Shown here: positions 1 through 10,248 of the stretch, one piece after another | Layout of the letters: every line of letters starts with the position of its first letter | Position numbering within the stretch: position 1 is the stretch's first letter | Sequence record: OR192075.1 | Source: Escherichia phage MIZ6 | Direction: 5' to 3' (one strand) | Length of the DNA: 64,000 nt | Translations under genes and position numbers: made by a program | Notes under the pieces: model-generated | Told to the model about the DNA's origin: nothing | Seen by the model: the letters and a program-made list of their open reading frames with translations, nothing else | The model's database searches: none

Positions 1-1172
1 ACGGTAAGCATTCGGCACAGGTTCTTTTACGAATGCGCCAGGATAAGTCTGCTTAGGCTGTATCTTGTTCTCTGGTACTACTTTACCCTCAGCTTTCAGA
101 GATCCGAAGATAATAGCATCCCATACTTTCATCGGGTTATAAACATGGTTAAATTTAATCTTTGCATAGAAACATAGGCTATATACCAGATCGATAAATC
201 CGCGCTTTTTATCAATCGCCAGCACACGGTCAACGTCGCCGATGTTATAATCTATGTAAAGTTGATGGTTATCATCACGCAATTTCTTTAACGGACCATC
301 ATAATCAACCTTACCGATTCCTGTCTCATATTCAGCAACATAATCTAATGCATATGTTGGTTGAGTAGTAAAGCTAAATTTCTTGTACAGGTCAATATAA
401 TCAAGGCTTTCGATCCCCATGATCGTAAATGCTTCACGCTCGTTGCCAAAATCATCCTGTGAGATTCTGGATTTAATCTTACCGCACGGGCTTAGACGGT
501 TAGCGGTTCTACTTCCGAACTTATTACTGATACGTTTAATGATATATGGAATATCGAATGTTTCTGTGTTCCAGCCAGTGAAACCAACGGGTCGGTTTTC
601 CTCAAAGAATCGGATGTATTCTAATAGCAATTCATCTTCTGTGTCATAGACGTTATAAACAACGCGCTCTACAATATCAGGTCGAAGAATAGACTTGCTT
701 GCTTCCCAGATTTCACCGTTTTTTCCTTTCAAATCAAATACAAAGAAACGATCATGTACGGAATCATAATGCGTAATTGCATCGATAGGATATTTCGCTT
801 CTTCTGGTTTAGGAAATTCCGGTGCAGTGACCTCGATATCAACCCATGCTACACGGATTTTATTTCGGTCATATCGAATCTCGCCTTTATATGTATCGGA
901 CAGATAGGAGATGATAAAATCATCCATCCCTAGTGCCTCCTGCCCCATTTCTCCCATCTTTTTACGCCATTTGTTGGCCTCGTTCATAGATGGGAATTTT
1001 TTAGCAATGCAAGGCTTGCCATAGATATCTTTATAATTCGTAACCATACCAGGAGCGGCATGATGAAATAAAGTTGGCGTATATTCAACGTAACGCTCTT
1101 GTTCTTGTCCAGCATCATCAATATAACGCTCGTAGATCTTATCACCCACTCGCTCACATGACAGAAAATACA
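1..1172 (-). CDS. 43: DNA polymerase (T4 gp43-like), N-terminal portion; gene runs off the window start
   Basis: Minus-strand translation from ATG at 1172 gives MYFLSCERVGDKIYERYIDDAGQEQERYVEYTPTLFHH..., colinear with the T4 gp43 N-terminus as recalled; sits downstream of regA as in T4. Not in the ORF track because it is edge-truncated. Confidence 0.85.
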
Positions 1173-1255
1173 TAATATAAACTCCTTCACTTACGAAAGA
1201 CACTCATTATAGGGGAATCGACCTAGTTTGTCAATACCCCTATCCCATCAGTATC

Positions 1256-1618
1256 TTAGCGTCCGATCTGATATTTCTCGATCAGCGTCCACTCTTCTTT
1301 CTGTTTGAAAGACAGTACACGGAAATTATTAACTTCGGTAGTTTCAAAATCACTATCAATCAGGGTACACAGATTCCACTGCGCCAGAAGTTTTGCAATG
1401 TTATTACGGCGTAATTCATCTTCCCACGTCATTTTAACACTACGACCATCTAATTTCAACAACTCCTTGAAATGAACGATGTAATAGCGCCCTTTCTTCT
1501 GGAGAATATGACAGGACTGATACAGCGTCTTGTCTCGATTGTTGGCAATGCCGCAGCGGGTTAAAGTTTCCTTAATTTTAAGGAAGTTTTCAGGACTAAT
1601 CAAATTAATTTCAATCAT
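1256..1618 (-). CDS. regA: RegA translational repressor of early genes
   Basis: 120 aa; MIEINLISPENFLKIKETLTRCGIANNRDKTLYQSCHILQKKGRYYIVHFKE closely matches T4 RegA as recalled; lies between gene 62 and gene 43. Confidence 0.9.
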   Translation of the reverse strand: MIEINLISPENFLKIKETLTRCGIANNRDKTLYQSCHILQKKGRYYIVHFKELLKLDGRSVKMTWEDELRRNNIAKLLAQWNLCTLIDSDFETTEVNNFRVLSFKQKEEWTLIEKYQIGR

Positions 1619-1619
1619 T

Positions 1620-2198
1620 TTACCACCTTTCTATAATCTTTTTAAGTCGTTTCCTTTCTGTCTGATTCTTAGTAACACCCGCCAAAAGTTCATCGGTCGC
1701 ATACGGTTTAATGTGCTTCAATAACTTGTCCATATATCCCTTTTCATTAGCCAAATCGAGATAAAACCGGGCGTCATCCATATTTACACAATATGCTTTC
1801 GCCACTGCCATTAAAACCAATTTTTGGTCCAATTCTTCTGTTAGTTTAGCCCATTTACCGTATCGTTTCCCCTTAGAAATACTCTGTAAGAGATAATCAA
1901 AATGCATTTGATCTGGGAGGCCATGACCGATTAAATTCATCACATACGCGCTATATAGACAATCTGCGTGCTGGGAAAGAGCGGTGTTAATCCATCTCTG
2001 GTTATATGCAGAATTGTTTCCCACATTAACGCGCTGTTTATCTAAGGTGATATGATCCATCAGAGCAAATAATGCATTGTCGGTTTTCTCGGTGAATGTG
2101 TCCGCTAGTTCAGACACTTTTTCCCAATCACGAGAGCGCCATGCAATTTCATGCTCGTTTAATTGTGTATCATCTTCACCGAAAAATTGACCTAACAT
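1620..2198 (-). CDS. 62: clamp loader small subunit (gp62-like)
   Basis: 192 aa ORF immediately downstream of gp44 with overlapping stop/start, same size and position as T4 gene 62. Confidence 0.75.
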   Translation of the reverse strand: MLGQFFGEDDTQLNEHEIAWRSRDWEKVSELADTFTEKTDNALFALMDHITLDKQRVNVGNNSAYNQRWINTALSQHADCLYSAYVMNLIGHGLPDQMHFDYLLQSISKGKRYGKWAKLTEELDQKLVLMAVAKAYCVNMDDARFYLDLANEKGYMDKLLKHIKPYATDELLAGVTKNQTERKRLKKIIERW

Positions 2199-3172
2199 TA
2201 TACGAACTCCAATTCAACCATTAATTGCATTAACAAAAAGACAATGTGAATCTCTTTATCAGCCGCGTGCGCAAACATCTGATTATTTTCACCGATAATC
2301 TCAGTGAGACGAATAATAGAAGCTGGCTTAACTTGAGTATACAACTCATTATAAAGTTTCTTGACAAATTGAGCGTATGTATTGGTATATCGCGGTGCAA
2401 GTTTACGTACATTAGCAAACTGTTTAGTTTTAAGTGCTTCCACCACATCGGTTACTTCGGTATTGCTACTTTCGATAACCATGCTCAATACGCCAGCATC
2501 AATTTTACCATGTTTAGCGTAGCGGTCCAAAAGTTTCATTACGCGTCGGAAGTCTGGGAAGTTCTGCTTAACCAGTTCCGCTAATACGCGCATTTCTTCT
2601 ACTGGCACACCTTCTTTATCAAGAATTGCTTTACACCGGACGATCATTTCTTTCATCATGCGAAGCTGATCATCTTTAGTCGGAGATCCAAACGTGATGG
2701 GATCAAATCGAGATCGTAACGCTGGGATAATACCTTCTAGATCGTTTGCTGTGATAATGAATGTCACGTTGTTTGAGTATGCCTCAGAGAAACTACGCAA
2801 GTGTCTTTGAGCGTCAGCCAACCCCGCTCGGTCATACTCATCGATAATAACAACTTTGCCTTTTTCTCGTTTTTCTTCATCGAGTGATACACTCTGCGCA
2901 AAGCGTGTAATCTCATCGCGGATAAAATCAATCTTACAATCTGCGCCGTTAACAAACAGATAATCAACACCCACATCTTCGCAAAGCGCCTTAGCAACGG
3001 TTGTTTTACCAGTACCAGGCGATGGGCTATGCAGGATCATAGAAGGGATTCGGCCTTGCTTAACAATCTGCGCGAAGATCTTTTTATCTGCTTCCGGCAG
3101 AATACATTCAGAAATTGATTTCGGACGGTATTTCTGTTCCCACTGAAACTCATTTTCATTAACACTCAGCAT
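2198..3172 (-). CDS. 44: clamp loader large subunit (gp44-like, AAA+ ATPase)
   Basis: Walker A SPSPGTGKTT, Walker B VVIIDEYD, and long colinear similarity to T4 gp44 (EQKYRP...ILHSPSPGTGKTTVAKALC...DFIR). Start placed at MLSVNENEF by alignment; the ORF track start at 3187 is also possible. Confidence 0.9.
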   Translation of the reverse strand: MLSVNENEFQWEQKYRPKSISECILPEADKKIFAQIVKQGRIPSMILHSPSPGTGKTTVAKALCEDVGVDYLFVNGADCKIDFIRDEITRFAQSVSLDEEKREKGKVVIIDEYDRAGLADAQRHLRSFSEAYSNNVTFIITANDLEGIIPALRSRFDPITFGSPTKDDQLRMMKEMIVRCKAILDKEGVPVEEMRVLAELVKQNFPDFRRVMKLLDRYAKHGKIDAGVLSMVIESSNTEVTDVVEALKTKQFANVRKLAPRYTNTYAQFVKKLYNELYTQVKPASIIRLTEIIGENNQMFAHAADKEIHIVFLLMQLMVELEFV

Positions 3173-3237
3173 ATAATCACCTCTCACAAATTACATCATT
3201 AAAACGGGGAGTATTTACACTCCCCACAAACATTATA

Positions 3238-3927
3238 TTAGTCGGTGTAGCTGGAGTCAAGGTCACACGCGATCATATAAGATACGGTTTCACTTGCCAG
3301 CCATACAGCCTTACGGCGAGTGAAGCTCAGTTTGTAATCGCCGAAGTCAGTAGCAACCAGTTTCATGTTATCTTTACGAATAAAGAAATGGAAGTCTGCG
3401 GTTCCGGTATATTCGCCCATATCAAGACAAAACATCTCATTAGGATTATTTTTGTCAATCTCTTCCCAGCCTTTGATCATCAGACGACCATCAATCGGAA
3501 GAAATTCAAGGCGATCCACTTTAAGCTGATTGCTCATTTTCATAAGCTGTTTCAGATCGTCGTTGCTCAGTTCGTAATCTACATCGCTTGCAGGTGGAGT
3601 AACTCGGCCTTTCGGTGATACGATAGCGGCAGCACTAGCACCAGGATAATTAATTTTCAGACGATCATTAGACACACGAATGTTTCCGGTTCGGTCATCA
3701 ACCGTAATATCTGCTTCATCGCCTACCAGATTCAGAATACCCAGGAAAGAGTTAAGATCATAGATCCCAATTTCGTGTTCCAGTTCTTGATTCAGAGTCG
3801 CTTCACCATATACAACGTTTGTCATGTTTTTGGTGATCAGGACGTTTCCTTTTTTCAGGATGATACCTGGGTTAATCGCGGAAAAGTTTTTCAGGGTAGC
3901 AATGGTTTCTTTAGTCAGTTTCATCAA
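3238..3927 (-). CDS. 45: sliding clamp (gp45-like)
   Basis: 229 aa; MMKLTKETIATLKNFSAINPGIILKKG and IYDLNSFLGILNLV parallel the T4 gp45 N-terminus; upstream of 44/62 as in T4. Confidence 0.9.
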   Translation of the reverse strand: MMKLTKETIATLKNFSAINPGIILKKGNVLITKNMTNVVYGEATLNQELEHEIGIYDLNSFLGILNLVGDEADITVDDRTGNIRVSNDRLKINYPGASAAAIVSPKGRVTPPASDVDYELSNDDLKQLMKMSNQLKVDRLEFLPIDGRLMIKGWEEIDKNNPNEMFCLDMGEYTGTADFHFFIRKDNMKLVATDFGDYKLSFTRRKAVWLASETVSYMIACDLDSSYTD

Positions 3928-3954
3928 ATCACCTTTATCATGTTAATCAATTAA

Positions 3955-4353
3955 TTACGGGTTTACTTCGTGCTCATTTTGAATCTTTAGCATTCTTTCG
4001 ATAAATTTTTTCTCGGCTTCCTTGTCGGATGAGTGAGTATACTTCAATCCAATGTAAGCTGTCAAGTATTGTTGCAGAGCATAGACAGTAACAGGATTCT
4101 TTGCGGTCTTTTTGCCATCGAGATATACCAGATCACCACGAACATCAAACGCAAGTTTACGACGAATCACATCATCAACAAATTTATCTAGGACAAAATA
4201 CCACTCAATACACTCTATCCCGTGACGGTAGTTCATTACATCATTATCTTTGATATAGTCAAACGGAATATGGCATAATTTACTATTTTGTAGGATGAAT
4301 AGCATTTGTTCTTTTAAGCTCATACGTTTCATTCTATCACTTCCCATCAGCAA
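3955..4353 (-). CDS. hypothetical protein, possible RpbA-like (RNA polymerase binding protein A) by position and size
   Basis: 132 aa ORF directly upstream of gene 45, where T4 has rpbA (129 aa); no motif confirmed. Confidence 0.4.
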   Translation of the reverse strand: MLMGSDRMKRMSLKEQMLFILQNSKLCHIPFDYIKDNDVMNYRHGIECIEWYFVLDKFVDDVIRRKLAFDVRGDLVYLDGKKTAKNPVTVYALQQYLTAYIGLKYTHSSDKEAEKKFIERMLKIQNEHEVNP

Positions 4354-4789
4354 TTGCGATCAGACGAGTTACTACTACGCCAGCGGCTTCAATCAGCAAT
4401 TCATCAGTGTCAATCTGATAACCCTTTTCGAGAATATCTTTACCTCGAATAGTTTTAGCGCCTTTAGCAATTGAATCTTCGTAATACTTGCGCATTGCCG
4501 CGATCCATTCTTTTTGCACCATATCATCAATATGAGCATACAGTTCAAAACGTGCTTGCTGCGGGATAACCTTCATTTTAGCTTTCTCGCTTTCCGGCAT
4601 TTGTAGTACCCACGCTTTACGGATCTTGTTCATTGCTCGGTCAAATTCGAGGCTGGTTTTCTTGTTCTGAATGTCTGCTACAGTAATTTTAGCCAGGTTT
4701 GCGGAAGTCGTCATAATATTAATCTCCAAAAATAAAATCAGTATATCACGTTCTAAAGTTTGTTGCAACCCCAGCATCAGGGTAATCAA
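4337..4789 (-). CDS. hypothetical protein
   Basis: 150 aa minus-strand ORF in the 45-46 interval; start uncertain (internal Met possible). Confidence 0.4.
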   Translation of the reverse strand: MITLMLGLQQTLERDILILFLEINIMTTSANLAKITVADIQNKKTSLEFDRAMNKIRKAWVLQMPESEKAKMKVIPQQARFELYAHIDDMVQKEWIAAMRKYYEDSIAKGAKTIRGKDILEKGYQIDTDELLIEAAGVVVTRLIAIADGK

Positions 4790-4976
4790 GTTTATCTAAG
4801 TTGGGGACCAGCATAAACTCATGATGACGACAAGACAACATTTTTGTTATGTCTTCATCGCTGTATATGCTGTTTTTCATATCCCCCATACTAACTACAT
4901 ATTCTTCACCGGAATATAGATTGATTAAGGTATACAATTCTAACTCCGGCTGCGTTACTCTGTCAAATGTTAACAT
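4746..4976 (-). CDS. hypothetical protein
   Basis: 76 aa minus-strand ORF between gene 46 and the previous ORF. Confidence 0.3.
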   Translation of the reverse strand: MLTFDRVTQPELELYTLINLYSGEEYVVSMGDMKNSIYSDEDITKMLSCRHHEFMLVPNLDKLDYPDAGVATNFRT

Positions 4977-6645
4977 TCATTTCAGTGAATCGCCCACGTT
5001 TAACCATCTTGAGATGACGGCTAAAATCATCAGGGTTATGGTCACGATGGCTGATAATATACACGTTATCATCTAACTTGTCAATGATGGAATCAAGTGC
5101 TTTTACGCCTTGAACGTCCGTAGCCCCATCATAAATTTCGTCGAGTACCAACAAAGAAATATTAGTACCAGATACCTTACCAGCAACATCACGCCATGTA
5201 AAGAGCATCGCAAGATCAATACGTGCTTTTTCGCCTTGACTGAATGATGTATACGAAAACGATTCACGCCCCCGTGATTTGATTGTTTCGTTAAACTCTT
5301 CATCTAGCGTAAAGATATAATCCGCTTCCATGATATCAAGATAATATGCAATCCGATCATTGAAATATGGAATATATTTCTTGACGATAGACGCCTTAAC
5401 ACCGGAATCCTTCAACATTTCTGTTACAAATCCACGGTGATATTTTTCAAGAACTAGCTTTGATTTTTCATTAGTAATCTCTACCAGTTCGTGTTCCAGT
5501 TTAGCAAGTTCTTCGGAATTGTCAACCCTTTCTTTTTGTAATTCCTGAATTGCTTTCTGGATCTGCTTAGCACGACCTACAGATGCCGTTAAATTCGCTC
5601 TCTGTGACTCTATAGCGCGTTTAATTTCCAAGACCTTAGTTTGTGCTGTCTGGAAAGAATTGGCCTTCTCTGCGTACTCTACGCGTTTCTCGTCAATCAG
5701 AGACAGTTTATGTTCTGCTTGTGCTTTTTGTTCTCGTACAGCTTGATCATTACCCTGAATGATCGGTTGTGTGCACGTAGGACAGATCCCGCCTTTCTCA
5801 TGCATATGAATAACACGGTCAAAGTTCTGGATCTGTGCACCAATCTGTGCGATAGCCGTATTAATTTTAGCCAATGCCGCGCTAGGATCTTCCGGCATAA
5901 CAACAGCCAATAGCTCATCGGTCAAGCGCGTTTCTTCGGCTTTAAATGCTTTAGCAGATTCTACCTCTTTATCATACATATTCTGTAAACGCTGGAGATT
6001 CTCGGCACTCGCCTTGCTAGCGTCTTCTATGTACTTTTTATGAGTGTTGATTTGTTGCTGAACGTGATTAGCTTTCATTTCCTGCATTTGGATATTCTGG
6101 GTAATCTCGCGCACATACGCTTTATTCAGTTTATCCATTTCGCCTAGTGTAGCAATATCAAGCAAATCCTCGACCAGTTTACGGCGACCCGCTGCCGGAA
6201 GACTCATAAACGGAACATAACCAGCAGTGCCTAAAACAACGATCTGTTTAAAGCTGGCTAGGTTCATGCCTATGATACCTTCAAAATATTCCTGAAAGTC
6301 TTTGGTGCTTGCGCTCTCGTCGATCTTTTGACCGTCTCGATGCACTTCGAATACTTCCGGCTTTTGTCCACGTTTAATATAAAATTCTTTCCCGTCCAGT
6401 TCAAACCAGACTTCGACTAACAGTTTCTTTTTGTTGACGCTGTTAATCAATTGGCCTTTCTTGATACTACGAAACGGTTTACCGAACAACACAAAGCAAA
6501 GCGCCTCAATCATGGTCGATTTACCAGCACCGTTAACACCAGTGATTAGTGTCTTTTTGAATCCGTCTAGCTGAATCTCTACAGGTTCAGCACCCACGCT
6601 CATTATATTTTGATAGCGCAAGGTTTTAAAATTTAACTTTGCCAT
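4963..6645 (-). CDS. 46: recombination endonuclease subunit gp46 (Rad50/SbcC-like ATPase)
   Basis: Walker A GVNGAGKST, signature/D-loop region SQGEKARIDLAMLF...LVLDE; strong colinear similarity to T4 gp46 (NIMSVG...KTLITG...EKYHRG...). Start set at MAKLNF by alignment. Confidence 0.92.
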   Translation of the reverse strand: MAKLNFKTLRYQNIMSVGAEPVEIQLDGFKKTLITGVNGAGKSTMIEALCFVLFGKPFRSIKKGQLINSVNKKKLLVEVWFELDGKEFYIKRGQKPEVFEVHRDGQKIDESASTKDFQEYFEGIIGMNLASFKQIVVLGTAGYVPFMSLPAAGRRKLVEDLLDIATLGEMDKLNKAYVREITQNIQMQEMKANHVQQQINTHKKYIEDASKASAENLQRLQNMYDKEVESAKAFKAEETRLTDELLAVVMPEDPSAALAKINTAIAQIGAQIQNFDRVIHMHEKGGICPTCTQPIIQGNDQAVREQKAQAEHKLSLIDEKRVEYAEKANSFQTAQTKVLEIKRAIESQRANLTASVGRAKQIQKAIQELQKERVDNSEELAKLEHELVEITNEKSKLVLEKYHRGFVTEMLKDSGVKASIVKKYIPYFNDRIAYYLDIMEADYIFTLDEEFNETIKSRGRESFSYTSFSQGEKARIDLAMLFTWRDVAGKVSGTNISLLVLDEIYDGATDVQGVKALDSIIDKLDDNVYIISHRDHNPDDFSRHLKMVKRGRFTEMNVNI

Positions 6646-6889
6646 TAATCCACTCCGCAATCACACATTCCATAATATTAAATGCTAACACATCTTCATC
6701 AATGTTGTAAACACTTGCCGCCTTCACTTTAACTAATGTGTCTCTGCGATCTGGCAACATGATCACATAATCCAGTGTCGCAGGATCATATGTCATAAAG
6801 GGATCAACATAAATCCCTTTATTCAATGCCAGATATTCGCGAAGACCTTCTATAACCCTGTGTCTAAGGTAGGTCATCGATAGAATCAT
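6626..6889 (-). CDS. hypothetical protein (46.1-position)
   Basis: 87 aa ORF between genes 47 and 46. Confidence 0.4.
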   Translation of the reverse strand: MILSMTYLRHRVIEGLREYLALNKGIYVDPFMTYDPATLDYVIMLPDRRDTLVKVKAASVYNIDEDVLAFNIMECVIAEWINGKVKF

Positions 6890-7482
6890 TTTAGTTTATG
6901 TTCCTCTAAAAATTCTTCAATTTCACCTTGCAGGTCTTCCGCTTGCTGTTCCAGAATATCGCGAAATTCACCTACAGTCAAGCGGTAATCACATTTCACC
7001 AGTCGATGCGGGAGAATATACCCTTTATACATTGTCTCTGACGCTTCCAGGAATACCCCACTATGCATGACAGAGATCCAACCTGTTAACGTCAATGGAG
7101 TATTCGGAAAATAATACTTGCTGGATTGTTTCCACTGTACGAAAGCACCATATACAATAGGATTATATTCACCAACCACACTCTTAATAATGGATTCTAC
7201 TTTGTCTTTTACAAAGTCGCCAATGTCCATAGTTATCATCAACTCTTTTGGATGAATAATTTTAAGGTAACGACGATAGCCATCATCATAATACAGCTTA
7301 ACTACTGGTTCACCCCACATAGACGAAATATTCGCTTTCAGATATCCATAAATCGGATTCTTATCATATGATTGTTTTAGCGTGTAGGTATGCAACAGCG
7401 TAATAAAATGTCGCATTACCAGTTTATCTGGATCAGCCGCGACCATAGTCGTATTCATAATATGTTCCTCGTTCAATTTCAT
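6886..7482 (-). CDS. hypothetical protein
   Basis: 198 aa ORF, stop/start overlap with neighbours. Confidence 0.4.
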   Translation of the reverse strand: MKLNEEHIMNTTMVAADPDKLVMRHFITLLHTYTLKQSYDKNPIYGYLKANISSMWGEPVVKLYYDDGYRRYLKIIHPKELMITMDIGDFVKDKVESIIKSVVGEYNPIVYGAFVQWKQSSKYYFPNTPLTLTGWISVMHSGVFLEASETMYKGYILPHRLVKCDYRLTVGEFRDILEQQAEDLQGEIEEFLEEHKLK

Positions 7483-7750
7483 ATTGTTTCAGGTCTTCTA
7501 AAAGTTCATCCACTGCTTGTTTCAGCACATGACGCAGCGTAAAGTAATAGCTTTCATCAAATTCTATTTCCGCGCGAGGAATAGAGCGAAACTTACACTT
7601 AACGGTAGTATCAGTGAGTCGCTTTTCGACCATCATCCGAACTTCTTCATGCTCTTTGGAATACCATACATCAACGGAGATCCCCTTACGTCGAGCAAAC
7701 ATAGGCAATGCCGCATTAAATTCCATGACCTTTTGTGCAAGTGTTTTCAT
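7433..7750 (-). CDS. hypothetical protein
   Basis: 105 aa minus-strand ORF in the 46-47 interval. Confidence 0.35.
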   Translation of the reverse strand: MKTLAQKVMEFNAALPMFARRKGISVDVWYSKEHEEVRMMVEKRLTDTTVKCKFRSIPRAEIEFDESYYFTLRHVLKQAVDELLEDLKQYEIERGTYYEYDYGRG

Positions 7751-8010
7751 CGTACAGACCCCATAGATCCACGCGCAATAACATTCTGAGTAATATCAGC
7801 AACCTTACGGGATACGATGTTTGTTAGCCCCTCTTTGGTGATATGTTCACGATCAAATGGGATTTCGTCATGAGTCCATAAACCATAGTTAGACCGAAAT
7901 GATAGCATATACTGACCATCTCGCACAACCTCAAATACATGGATCTTAGTGAATTTCGATAAACCTTCGTTGATTTCTTTCAGTGCATTAGTAATCATAA
8001 CAACCTCCAA
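7747..8010 (-). CDS. hypothetical protein
   Basis: 87 aa minus-strand ORF directly downstream of gene 47. Confidence 0.35.
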   Translation of the reverse strand: MEVVMITNALKEINEGLSKFTKIHVFEVVRDGQYMLSFRSNYGLWTHDEIPFDREHITKEGLTNIVSRKVADITQNVIARGSMGSVR

Positions 8011-8052
8011 TCAATTTTTAGAGAGTATAACGGGGATTTCTCCCCGCGTCAA

Positions 8053-9078
8053 CTAACTTTTTGCGCTATTTACTTCGGCTAAAAGTTCATCAGAAATACG
8101 CTTGACCGCCGCAAGTTCTTCCGGTTCTAGGTTTTGTTCTTCCAGATATTCATAGACCATCTGAATAGTGCTTTTAACTTCAATAACACCTGTTTCCTGT
8201 GATGCGCTACTCTCCAGCTTATGGACCACTTTTAGCTTGTGTACAACGGCCTCTAACGCGCTTTCTAACTTACTTAACCCATTATCAGCAACCGTTGCGA
8301 TAAGACGCACACTAAGCCCCTTAAAGCGTTCTACATCGATTTTATCATCTGACGGGTAAGTGATACGCACATGATAAGTTTTATCATTCTGGATAAACTC
8401 TTTTTTGTGTGTATCGGTATCGAATACCCAAAAACCACGCGGATCGTTTTCGTCACCAGCCGTTAGTGTGTATGGTGTACCAATATACGTTACGTTACCG
8501 CCATCACTGATAGTATGAAAGTGACCAGAAAACACTTCACGGTATTTCTTGAGGAAGTCCGCGCTATAACCTTCTGATTTTAGCCCTTTATAGAAATAGT
8601 AACCGGACAATTCCCAATGGCCTACACAATATTCGCTGAATGAGTTTTGAATAAACTCTAAAATCTCTGATTTATTGTCATCACAAAACCACGGGAACAG
8701 ATCAAATGATACACCATCAAAGGTGACTGTTTCCGGCTTATCGATAACTTTAATACAATCATACTGGCTTAACACTTCACGCGGTGCGTTAGGCTGGATC
8801 TTGTTTCGTTTAAACATATCATGGTTCCCGACCGTGATATAACAAGTAATACCAGCCTCTTCCAGTAACGGGATGACCTTAGTGCGGTTAAATTTCATGG
8901 TTTCATGGGTAATTGCTTTTCGGCAATCAAACCAATCCCCTGTTTGAATCCATGTCTTAATATTATGCTCTTTGGAGTATTCAACCGCCTTCTTGATGGT
9001 ATCAAGAATATACTCATGCACCCACGGATCATCGCCACCGATACCAGTATGCAGATCACCTAAAAGCAAAATTTTCAT
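8053..9078 (-). CDS. 47: recombination endonuclease subunit gp47 (Mre11/SbcD-like phosphoesterase)
   Basis: 341 aa; N-terminal MKILLLGDLHTG metallophosphoesterase motif, GDWFD, GNHD; size and position match T4 gene 47. Confidence 0.9.
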   Translation of the reverse strand: MKILLLGDLHTGIGGDDPWVHEYILDTIKKAVEYSKEHNIKTWIQTGDWFDCRKAITHETMKFNRTKVIPLLEEAGITCYITVGNHDMFKRNKIQPNAPREVLSQYDCIKVIDKPETVTFDGVSFDLFPWFCDDNKSEILEFIQNSFSEYCVGHWELSGYYFYKGLKSEGYSADFLKKYREVFSGHFHTISDGGNVTYIGTPYTLTAGDENDPRGFWVFDTDTHKKEFIQNDKTYHVRITYPSDDKIDVERFKGLSVRLIATVADNGLSKLESALEAVVHKLKVVHKLESSASQETGVIEVKSTIQMVYEYLEEQNLEPEELAAVKRISDELLAEVNSAKS

Positions 9079-9168
9079 AGTCTCTTCCTCTCTTCGTTTT
9101 CGATGCTCTCACTATATCACAGAAAAATAAAAAGGGAAACCCCTTTCAGAGTCTCCCTTATAAAGCCA

Positions 9169-9456
9169 TTACAGCATACTTAATACAGTTTGCCGTGTAC
9201 TAATCCACATAGCAGAAAGCAGTTCTGGCGTGTGTGGCTGTTTGTAGATATCACGTAACTTTCCGATAGCGTAGATATACGCATCGCGGTTATCATCGAT
9301 GATAGCTTGTTCAGCCCACCGCTTAAGGCGTGCAATCTCTCGCGAGTTCTTACGCAAGATCTTTTCCGCTTTCTTAGCGGCTTTAGCCTCTAGTTCTGCT
9401 TGTACTTTGTCTACTTCATTCACTGCAATCTGGTCATGCTGTTCATTGCAAGTCAT
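9169..9456 (-). CDS. hypothetical protein
   Basis: 95 aa ORF between genes 55 and 47. Confidence 0.35.
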   Translation of the reverse strand: MTCNEQHDQIAVNEVDKVQAELEAKAAKKAEKILRKNSREIARLKRWAEQAIIDDNRDAYIYAIGKLRDIYKQPHTPELLSAMWISTRQTVLSML

Positions 9457-9457
9457 A

Positions 9458-9691
9458 TTATTTTACCTCTGGGATATAATCAATTATTAAAGAAAATTCA
9501 TCTTCTGATACATTATAGCTATGTGAGATTGTACCCGTAAAGACCTCAAGATCCGGTGATTTGATATTGCACGGATCGATAATCACCGGAACGCCGCAAT
9601 CTCTCAAAAATAATTTGGCGAAATACGGCACGAGGTCAGTTTCAAACTCTGCTTCTTCCAGCAAACGGGAAATGTTAATTTTCAATCTCAT
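9458..9691 (-). CDS. hypothetical protein
   Basis: 77 aa ORF overlapping the gene 55 stop. Confidence 0.35.
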   Translation of the reverse strand: MRLKINISRLLEEAEFETDLVPYFAKLFLRDCGVPVIIDPCNIKSPDLEVFTGTISHSYNVSEDEFSLIIDYIPEVK

Positions 9692-10208
9692 AAAATTGGT
9701 CCAAGCTAGGCAATTCCTCGGTCAATACATCTTCAACCTTTGGCGCTTTCGGTTTATTGACCGATTCCTCGTAGTTGTTGATTTTATCGTAAATGTCCTG
9801 TATGAATGCCTCATCAGCAATCTGGCACATATCAGCGTCGCGTTCGTCATATACATGATGCACAAAATATTTGTATTTTGCGGCTGTCGCTGTTCTTTCT
9901 TTTTTAATGCGCTGTACAAAAGCATTAAAGCACGCTTGCGTGATGTAAGCATGAGGATTTTTATACTTTGTCTCGTCAAAATTAATCAAACCCTTGACCG
10001 CCGCTTCGATTCCGTCGTCGATCATTTCTTCGCGCCATGTTTGACTATAACCAGAAAAGTTAAAACGACGTGATAGATTTTTAGAGATTTGCATAATTGC
10101 TAGGCCGATTTGATCGCTCATTGGAACTTGCCGACCTTCTGCTGCAATTTGTTGTTTCCAACGGCAAATTTCTTCGTAAAGCTCTTTATTGTTTACATAA
10201 TCAGACAC
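9675..10208 (-). CDS. 55: late-transcription sigma factor gp55
   Basis: 177 aa; YVNNKEL...IGLAIM...[10 protein letters not shown]...[25 protein letters not shown]...IQDIYDK almost colinear with T4 gp55 as recalled. Confidence 0.92.
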   Translation of the reverse strand: MSDYVNNKELYEEICRWKQQIAAEGRQVPMSDQIGLAIMQISKNLSRRFNFSGYSQTWREEMIDDGIEAAVKGLINFDETKYKNPHAYITQACFNAFVQRIKKERTATAAKYKYFVHHVYDERDADMCQIADEAFIQDIYDKINNYEESVNKPKAPKVEDVLTEELPSLDQFYEIEN

Positions 10209-10248
10209 TTCGCACCCTCGCTATTATTTAGGAAATAACCCTTTCGGG

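Noticed and set aside
419-649. Plus-strand 76-aa ORF inside the DNA polymerase region
   Set aside because: Lies antisense to the gp43 coding frame, which is well supported by similarity; antisense ORFs of this size are expected by chance in AT-rich DNA.
984-1190. Minus-strand 68-aa ORF at the 5' end of gene 43
   Set aside because: Out of frame with the gp43 reading frame that starts at 1172; overlaps it completely and has no RBS.
9128-9165. Terminator or promoter upstream of gene 47
   Set aside because: Only a weak A/T-rich stem (AAGGG/CCCTT) and no TTGACA-type -35; evidence too thin to annotate.
9561-10073. Plus-strand 170-aa ORF
   Set aside because: Antisense to gene 55, whose identity is secure; Leu/Ile/Phe-rich composition typical of antisense frames of AT-rich genes.
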